Shown here: one piece after another, positions 1 through 5,469 of the stretch
How the letters are laid out: the number at the start of each line of letters is the position of its first letter
Numbering within the stretch: position 1 is the stretch's first letter
IMG/VR virus record: IMGVR_UViG_3300012001_000012
Length of the DNA stretch: 20,000 nucleotides
Origin: an uncultured virus (IMG/VR IMGVR_UViG_3300012001_000012)
Taxonomy: Duplodnaviria > Heunggongvirae > Uroviricota > Caudoviricetes
Strand: one strand, 5' to 3'
The notes under the pieces: model-generated
What the model saw: the letters and a program-made list of their open reading frames with translations, nothing else
Told to the model about the DNA's origin: nothing
Database searches by the model: none
Translations under genes and position numbers: made by a program

Positions 1-1737
1 GATAACGTGGAACGTCGCTGCAACTGTTCCAGTGAGCCCATCAAGGTTCAGGGTGGTTAGAGTTGCGCCGCCCATGGTGATGACGTGGTTTGTTCCGGTG
101 TAGTTCAACGATTTCAGCGAGAGTGTGCGCACCGTCCCGGCAAGCAGGGTTACCGCCGAAACGGTGCCGGCGTAGATTGCTCCGTGCACTTCAATGTCGC
201 CCACATTGATGATGGAGTTGTTCATGGTGACAATTTCGGCTGCTGGTTTCGGGTCGCGAATTATCAGACGTTGAAGCCCTGTGCTGGTCTGCCCGGTAGT
301 AGCGGAGATGGTGACGGTGCCGGTGTTTTCCGCGACGACGGTCCCCATGTTCTTGTGTTCAAGCAACACGTTTCCGTTGATGTTCCGAAGCATAATTTCA
401 GGGAGCAGTACCGTGGAGAACGGCCCATCGACCGTTACCCCGTGGCCCGAACCGACCTGATCGATGTTTTCAACAATGACGTTCGTCAGCGTGTATCCGT
501 CGTCAGTCCCGGACGCTGAACCAGCCGCCAACACGGCGCGTGTGGCGTTATTGGCGGTCACGTCCCGCACAGTGACGCTCTTGAAGTTTCCATGCACGTC
601 GTCATAGGAAACGTAGTCGGTGCTGGTGAAAGCCACCACGTCATCACCGCCGTAGCGTACCCGGACGCGCTCCACCACGCCGTCAGAGCATGGCCCGGTC
701 ATGTGAACAGTATCGGAGGCGTTGGACGCCGCAAGAATATCCGCAACATGGAAGTCGGTAATGTCACCGATGGCGATCATGTATTTTCCGCCCGTTGATC
801 CGGTGCGGAGGTTACGAATCTTGAGTTTATCCACGCGGCGCATGAGGATGGAGTGCGCCCCGTTGGCCCACCCGTTCACGGTGCCGCCCGTTGGGCCGCC
901 TGCATTACGCTGCCAGGTTCCGCCTTCGATGGTGATGTTGCTGTCGCGGTTGTGGATGATCAGTGTTGCTGCCGATACGGTGGCGAAAGCTGCGGCGGAC
1001 AGGACAGCAGTCGTGCTGTTGGTGACTGAAGCAATCGTGGTGTAGAGCGGCCCTGATGCCGGGGCTGCCCCGAGGACGCTAACCGTCCTTCCCACGTCTG
1101 CCGAAGTGAAAGCCGCCGTCGCTGACGTGAGGGTCGTTGACGCTGCGGTGATCGCTGCGTCCGTGACGCTCCTTAGCGGTGTCGCGTAGGCCGAGTTCTG
1201 CACCATGTTCCCGATAAAGGCCGACGTGACTGATGCGCCCGTCGCATCAAGGTATGTGTTCGAGGGTGTGATCAGTGGTGCCGTGATCGTGAGGCTACCA
1301 ACGAGCCGCTTCACACCGAGGGCACTGCCTGCCGCAATCCACGCATTGACGGCAGCGGTAGTGGTGGTGCTGTCTGCGGTGAGCTGGCTGGCATAAGTGG
1401 CAGAAAGTGCCCAGTTGGCCGGGGTGTAGGTTGCCCCGGAGGTGTGCGCCGCCAGCGCCGAGACCACATCGTTGTTCGGGGAGACCACCTGCGCCCCGGC
1501 GGCATAGGACGTGAGTGGCTGCCAGAGCAGTTCGGCGGCGCCGGGAATCTGGGCGACCGGCACCCGGCCCGCGGCGTCCAGGGTCGCGACACCGGAGGCC
1601 GCCCCCTTCTGGGAGGCGTCCAGCTTCAGCGCGATGGCCGCCGCCTTCGAGGCCGCCGGAAGGTTGCCGTCCAGGACTTTCACCTCCTGGGGCAGCGCAA
1701 GGTCATCGCCTACGCTGACGATATGGTCGGTCATCAT
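1..1737 (-). CDS. Tailspike / receptor-binding protein with pectin-lyase-like (GH28-like) beta-helix; 3' end runs off the window; absent from the ORF track
   Basis: Hand translation: AGGAG RBS then ATGATG at 1737/1734 and 579 stop-free codons to position 1. N-terminus MMTDHIVSVGDDLALPQEVKV...KGAASGVATLDAAGRVPVAQIP (tail-fibre motif), then WQPLTSYAAGAQVVSPNNDVVSALAAHTSGATYTPANW (CBM5/12-like), then beta-helix rungs (NITIEGG, LKIRNL, SDTVHMTGPCSDGVVERVRVRYGGDDVVAFTS, VTVRDVT, NVIVENI). Confidence 0.85.
   Translation of the reverse strand, partial: MMTDHIVSVGDDLALPQEVKVLDGNLPAASKAAAIALKLDASQKGAASGVATLDAAGRVPVAQIPGAAELLWQPLTSYAAGAQVVSPNNDVVSALAAHTSGATYTPANWALSATYASQLTADSTTTTAAVNAWIAAGSALGVKRLVGSLTITAPLITPSNTYLDATGASVTSAFIGNMVQNSAYATPLRSVTDAAITAASTTLTSATAAFTSADVGRTVSVLGAAPASGPLYTTIASVTNSTTAVLSAAAFATVSAATLIIHNRDSNITIEGGTWQRNAGGPTGGTVNGWANGAHSILMRRVDKLKIRNLRTGSTGGKYMIAIGDITDFHVADILAASNASDTVHMTGPCSDGVVERVRVRYGGDDVVAFTSTDYVSYDDVHGNFKSVTVRDVTANNATRAVLAAGSASGTDDGYTLTNVIVENIDQVGSGHGVTVDGPFSTVLLPEIMLRNINGNVLLEHKNMGTVVAENTGTVTISATTGQTSTGLQRLIIRDPKPAAEIVTMNNSIINVGDIEVHGAIYAGTVSAVTLLAGTVRTLSLKSLNYTGTNHVITMGGATLTTLNLDGLTGTVAATFHVI
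955..1173 (-). repeat. Copy B of a ~70-aa Thr/Ala/Ser-rich module, inside the beta-helix tailspike
   Basis: RSVTDAAITAASTTLTSATAAFTSADVGRTVSVLGAAPASGPLYTTIASVTNSTTAVLSAAAFATVSAATLII; 25/28 and 20/29 identical residues to the two halves of copy A. Confidence 0.9.
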
Positions 1738-1784
1738 CTACTCCTGAAGTGGAAGGGTGTGGCTGTTACTGAGAGCCTATCGAG

Positions 1785-1825
1785 CGCAGCCACTCCTCCA
1801 GCGCAAGGCCGGGGGAGTGGCTGCG
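1785..1825 (-). terminator. Intergenic GC-rich hairpin, possible intrinsic terminator or RNA-processing stem without a U-tract
   Basis: CGCAGCCACTCC (1785-1796) is the exact reverse complement of GGAGTGGCTGCG (1814-1825). The inner 17 nt can extend the stem. It lies about 30 nt after the SGNH gene stop. Confidence 0.55.
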
Positions 1826-1856
1826 GTTGGTCAACTTAACCGGTCTTATTGGCCCC

Positions 1857-3392
1857 TTATGGTGCCAGTGACGGCAGTTGTGCACAGATCGCGCTTGCCA
1901 CATTGAGTGCAATGTAGTCGTGCCCTGCCTGTGTCGGGTGCACGTTGTCCGATGAGACGTACAGATCAGCGTTACCGTTGAATCGTTGGTTGGTGATGGT
2001 GAGTGTTACGGCGGCAGCCGTTGCGGTGGCGGCTACCGACAAGACGGCTGTAGTGGTGTTGGTGACGGATGAAATTACGGTATTAGCCGGAATGCCAGCG
2101 CCGGTTATGACCAGACCAACATCTGCGGAAGTGAACGCGGCTGTTGCACTAGTAACAGTGGTAGACGCCGCCGTTGTAGCCCCGTCAGTAACGCTACGGT
2201 TAGTACCTACACGCCCGGTTCCGGTGATGATGGGTGATGGCACGAGCATGTCGGCGTAGATGAGGCTACGGTTTTGCGCCTGTGTCTTGATGGCTGCGGC
2301 GATGGCCAGCCTATTGGTTCCTGGGGTGTCGGTTGTCCAGAATGGCGAGACCACCACGATCAGCGCGTTAGGCAGTCCTGCGGCGATGGCGTCAAACAGG
2401 AGGCCTGCTTCTGTCCCGAGCTGCGTCGGGGTGTAGAGCGTGTCGGTGCTGTAGTCGTTGTACCCGCCACTGACAACCACGATGTCAGGGGCGAGTGCGG
2501 TCACGTCTGTTGCTATCCTGTCCCGGAACTTGGGCAGGGTATTGGTTTTCAGGTAGCCGGTGCCCGGTGCGCCTGATGTGAGCGTGCGCCCCCATCCAAG
2601 CAGGTTGCCGAGTGTTGCGGCCCACGGGGACATGCCTGAGTCGGCGCCGGTTCCGGCGACGTAGGAGTCTCCCATGACAAGCCCCGTAAGGCCCCTGCGG
2701 CGGCTTGCGGTGAGTCCTGCTGTGGGGTCAATGCGGATGCTGTGAAAGAGCATGAATCCGTCAAATTCGATGCGGATGTGCCTGACTGCGCGGACCCCGG
2801 CGAAGTCGATCAGCCCATATCGGACGTTGCCGCTGCCGCCCGCCAGTGTGGATGACGTAAGCGATGTGTATTGGCCGTTGACCATGACGCGGAGCTTGGT
2901 GGTGCTGTTTGTCGCGTATTTGAATTCACACCGTGAACCGTCGAGGGTGAATTCGACCGCCCATGGCTGGTAGTTCTGGCCGGAAACCCCGGCAATAGGT
3001 GACGTGTAGAAGTACCCAAACCCGTTATCAACGGGCGTTGGTCCCTGGATCAGGGCCTGCTGAGGCGTCTTGGTAACAACGCCGGTCACGATGGTTGCTG
3101 AGGCTGCTTCCAACGTGACAGTTGGCGGTGATGCCATGACGGCGTTCAGGTCATAGAAGTTCTTCTGCTGGTTCCTGAGCATGGCCCGGACGGCGTTGTA
3201 CTTGGCGTAGTTGGCCTTGATCGTCGGGTAATCGGGTGCCTGGTAGTTGAGCCCGGACCATACGGTGGTGCCGTCCCCGACCTTGCGGAGCTTGGTGTCC
3301 GTCTCCCATCCGGGTTCCCCGAGGGCGAGGACCGGGTTTGCTGCCGTCCAGTTGGCGGCGGTGTCCCTGCGGTACTGAATCCTGTTTGCCAT
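1857..3392 (-). CDS. Tail-associated receptor-binding protein: Mtd_N domain plus SGNH/GDSL hydrolase (putative carbohydrate esterase/deacetylase)
   Basis: N-terminal RIQYRRDTAANWTAANPVLALGEPGWETDT..KVGDGTTVWSGLNY is the major tropism determinant N-terminal motif. SGNH blocks present: GDSY (S243), GTGY, GGYND, DNVHP (D482/H485). TAATG coupling to the upstream gene. Confidence 0.88.
   Translation of the reverse strand: MANRIQYRRDTAANWTAANPVLALGEPGWETDTKLRKVGDGTTVWSGLNYQAPDYPTIKANYAKYNAVRAMLRNQQKNFYDLNAVMASPPTVTLEAASATIVTGVVTKTPQQALIQGPTPVDNGFGYFYTSPIAGVSGQNYQPWAVEFTLDGSRCEFKYATNSTTKLRVMVNGQYTSLTSSTLAGGSGNVRYGLIDFAGVRAVRHIRIEFDGFMLFHSIRIDPTAGLTASRRRGLTGLVMGDSYVAGTGADSGMSPWAATLGNLLGWGRTLTSGAPGTGYLKTNTLPKFRDRIATDVTALAPDIVVVSGGYNDYSTDTLYTPTQLGTEAGLLFDAIAAGLPNALIVVVSPFWTTDTPGTNRLAIAAAIKTQAQNRSLIYADMLVPSPIITGTGRVGTNRSVTDGATTAASTTVTSATAAFTSADVGLVITGAGIPANTVISSVTNTTTAVLSVAATATAAAVTLTITNQRFNGNADLYVSSDNVHPTQAGHDYIALNVASAICAQLPSLAP
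1995..2198 (-). repeat. Copy A of the ~70-aa module, inside the SGNH domain (R399-I466)
   Basis: RSVTDGATTAASTTVTSATAAFTSADVGLVITGAGIPANTVISSVTNTTTAVLSVAATATAAAVTLTI, located between block III (GGYND) and block V (DNVH). Confidence 0.9.
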
Positions 3393-3735
3393 TAGATAGC
3401 GCTCCCGCCGTCGAAGTTGAATGTTCCGGTGTAAACGAAGGTCGCATTGCCCCCGTCAAGGGTTACTGGTGCCACGGATGTAATGAGGGCATAAGTGGAA
3501 TTATTTGCCGCATCATCGGAATGGTAGACCAGCGCCGACCAGGCGCTGACCCCGTCGCCGATCTTGTACTTATCCGTCTCGGTCTCATAGCCGGGCTCGC
3601 CGGCAGCGAGGACCGGGTTTACTGCGGTCCAGTTGGCGGCAGTGTCGCGCCGGTATTGGATTCTGGTGGTCATGCTGTTCCTCCGTTGATGCTGGTGGTG
3701 AAGATGGTGGTGGACGCCGTGCCGCCGTCATAGAC
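3243..3735 (-). repeat. Diverged tandem duplication of the unit [DGG..xGG C-terminal motif, stop/start overlap, Mtd_N domain]; start codons 281 bp apart
   Basis: Mtd_N copies at 3524-3673 and 3243-3392 share 34/47 residues and exact DNA blocks GCCGCCAACTGGAC and AAACCCGGTCCTCGC. Each is directly preceded by a gene ending YDGGTA-x8-INGGTA* or LDGGNA-x9-FDGGSAI*. Confidence 0.8.
3392..3673 (-). CDS. 93-aa Mtd_N-domain mini-protein (putative tail-fibre adaptor/extender)
   Basis: Mtd_N motif at residues 4-50, ~20-aa linker, C-terminal LDGGNA...FDGGSA. ATGA overlap upstream and TAATG overlap downstream. Confidence 0.8.
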   Translation of the reverse strand: MTTRIQYRRDTAANWTAVNPVLAAGEPGYETETDKYKIGDGVSAWSALVYHSDDAANNSTYALITSVAPVTLDGGNATFVYTGTFNFDGGSAI

Positions 3736-4275
3736 CTGGACCGGGCTCGGCGCGGATGAGATCAGGTACAGGCCCAGGTGTGCCGGGTCCGGGGTCAGGA
3801 TGGTGACCACATCAAGGCCCAGCTCCAGCAGGGTCACCTCGCCGGTCAGTCCGGCAATGGAGGTCACCGGCAGGATCGGGGCGATCGAGGGGACCGGGGC
3901 AGCCGTCCCGGTCGGGACCAGCGCCAGGTCCACCGCGGTCTGGCCGGTGAGGATCTGGAAGTCCCGGTCCGGGAAGTTCCGGCGCTGGCCGTCCTTCTCG
4001 TACACGATCTTCGCGGTGTAGTACCAGCCGGTGAATGCGTTGCCGTTCCCGTCCTGGAATCCGGCCTGGTCCGTGTACGGCAGGTAGACCTCGAAGTCGA
4101 TTCCGGGGTCCAGTTTCCGGGAGTCCACAAAGTTCCCCACCGGGGTCCCGGTCGCCTCCCAGACCAGGGACGTCGACGGGGAGATGGTGATGAACAGCGA
4201 CCCGGCATCGCCGACGAAGGACACCGGCGCGTCCATGTGGACCAGCGCGGTGGTGATGCCTGCGGGGATACTCAT
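3670..4275 (-). CDS. Minor tail / tail-fibre anchor protein (201 aa)
   Basis: AAGGA RBS. Beta-rich N-terminal domain resembling phage fibre-anchor domains, PVTSIAGLTGEVTL fibre motif, C-terminal YDGGTA...INGGTA. First gene of the receptor-binding cassette. Confidence 0.7.
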   Translation of the reverse strand: MSIPAGITTALVHMDAPVSFVGDAGSLFITISPSTSLVWEATGTPVGNFVDSRKLDPGIDFEVYLPYTDQAGFQDGNGNAFTGWYYTAKIVYEKDGQRRNFPDRDFQILTGQTAVDLALVPTGTAAPVPSIAPILPVTSIAGLTGEVTLLELGLDVVTILTPDPAHLGLYLISSAPSPVQVYDGGTASTTIFTTSINGGTA

Positions 4276-4303
4276 AAGGTTCCTTTAGCTGGGGCCCGGA
4301 CGG

Positions 4304-4660
4304 TTACGGCTTGGCGTCCGGGGAGAAGAACGGGGCGTAGGTGCGGAACCAGGTGATGACCCTGGTGTCGGCCATGACCCGGGCCGCGATCGCCGCGATC
4401 AGGGTCAGCGCCGCTGTCACGGACACCAGCACCGCATAGATTCCCGGCGGCAGCTGGCGGCCGAATCCGTCCAGGATCGACTGCAGCAGCTGCGGCAGGA
4501 TCACCAGCAGCCCCAGCGCGGCGACCGGACCGACCTGCAGGGCGGTGCGCCAGAACGCCTTCACAGGGGCGATCGCCGGCTGTGCCGCAGCGGCCGGCAG
4601 CGCCAGGTGGGCCGGGACGTGATCGGGAGCGGGAGCGGGGATGGTGGGTTCAACAGACAT
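4304..4660 (-). CDS. Putative holin (two predicted transmembrane helices)
   Basis: GAGGAG RBS. RTALQ followed by hydrophobic segments VGPVAALGLLVILPQLL and IYAVLVSVTAALTLIAAIAA. Size and position after the minor tail genes fit actinophage holins. Confidence 0.65.
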   Translation of the reverse strand: MSVEPTIPAPAPDHVPAHLALPAAAAQPAIAPVKAFWRTALQVGPVAALGLLVILPQLLQSILDGFGRQLPPGIYAVLVSVTAALTLIAAIAARVMADTRVITWFRTYAPFFSPDAKP

Positions 4661-4732
4661 TTGGGATCTCCTCGGTACTGGCGGCGGCCGTGATGTCCAC
4701 GGGCCGGGATGGGTGGCGCTGATTCATGCGCC

Positions 4733-5245
4733 CTAACCTTTCAATGCGAAGATAAAACCCACCACGCCGAGAACTATCGACGCCACCAGGCCGATCAGCG
4801 CAAGCCGGTAATTGGCCTGGGCGCGGGTGGTGGTGTTGACCTGCTCCCCGCCGTTCGTCTGCCCCTGCTGCTTATTGATGTAGTCGTAGAGGGGCTTGAT
4901 CTGCCCCTCCAGTTTTGTGGCAACCTCGGTGATGGAGTCCGCCAGCTTCTCCAGCTCGCCACGGAACCGGTCGGGATATCCGACGCGCTCGTTCTCAAAC
5001 TGGGCGCGGAGCTTGTCGGCGTTTTCGTCCTTGTAGGTCTGGATTTCACGGGCCAGGGCAAGCGCCGCCTTATCTGCCTCGTTCTTGATCTCCAGCGCCT
5101 TTTCGCGTTCGATGGCGACCTCCGAATACCGGCGGTCGCGTTCCTGTTCAAACCGCTTGTCCGCGTCACGGACAGTCTGCAGGTGCTCACGCAGCGTGAC
5201 TGTCTCCGGTGCGGTCAATGTCTTAGCCACCGGCTTACTGCGCAT
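4733..5245 (-). CDS. Coiled-coil protein with one C-terminal transmembrane helix (lysis-cassette-type membrane protein); start uncertain (ATG 5245 or GTG 5230 rather than 5293)
   Basis: Charged helical region (EREKALEIKNEADKAALALAREIQ) and terminal LALIGLVASIVLGVVGFIFALKG. The longer start at 5293 would overlap the 52-aa ORF by 59 nt. Confidence 0.7.
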   Translation of the reverse strand: MRSKPVAKTLTAPETVTLREHLQTVRDADKRFEQERDRRYSEVAIEREKALEIKNEADKAALALAREIQTYKDENADKLRAQFENERVGYPDRFRGELEKLADSITEVATKLEGQIKPLYDYINKQQGQTNGGEQVNTTTRAQANYRLALIGLVASIVLGVVGFIFALKG

Positions 5246-5393
5246 CCGGGGCGGGGGTGCCACTGTTGTGCTGGGCGATGACGGCATTGGCATCCTCGAG
5301 GGCGACCTGGGTCATGGCCAGTTCGACCTGCGTGTTGGAAAGCGCGATCGTCAGCTTCTGAATGACCCGGTTCGGATCTACGTTGTTTGCCAT
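5235..5393 (-). CDS. Small coiled-coil protein (52 aa), below the ORF-track cutoff
   Basis: GAGGGAG RBS, then MANNVDPNRVIQKLTIALSNTQVELAMTQVALEDANAVIAQHNSGTPAPDAQ*. Amphipathic heptad-like pattern, GC-rich third positions, fills the gap between neighbours. Confidence 0.75.
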   Translation of the reverse strand: MANNVDPNRVIQKLTIALSNTQVELAMTQVALEDANAVIAQHNSGTPAPDAQ

Positions 5394-5469
5394 GCTGTCT
5401 CCCTCAGTGCCATGTTTTCTGTAAGTTTATGGGTTCAAAGCCGTACAGCTTCGCATTGCCGCTTCAGGA

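Noticed and set aside
85..1839. ORF-track calls in the first 1.8 kb
   Set aside because: All overlap the continuous minus-strand tailspike frame 1-1737, which has an RBS and recognisable motifs.
1995..2198. Intein or intron as the explanation for the insertion in the SGNH domain
   Set aside because: Too short, no Cys/Ser start with His-Asn end, no splicing motifs, and the frame is uninterrupted.
1857..3673. Diversity-generating retroelement suggested by the Mtd_N domains
   Set aside because: No reverse transcriptase, no C-type lectin variable region and no near-identical TR/VR pair with adenine-specific mismatches. The repeats differ at synonymous sites of all bases.
4650..4727. 25-codon upstream ORF overlapping the holin start, with small hairpins (dual-start or antiholin control)
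   Set aside because: Weak RBS, short stems expected by chance at this GC content, and not in frame with the holin.
5394..5469. Sigma-70-type promoters in the AT-richer gaps (here and at 15738-15800)
   Set aside because: TANNNT hexamers are present but no -35 at proper spacing; not supportable from sequence alone.
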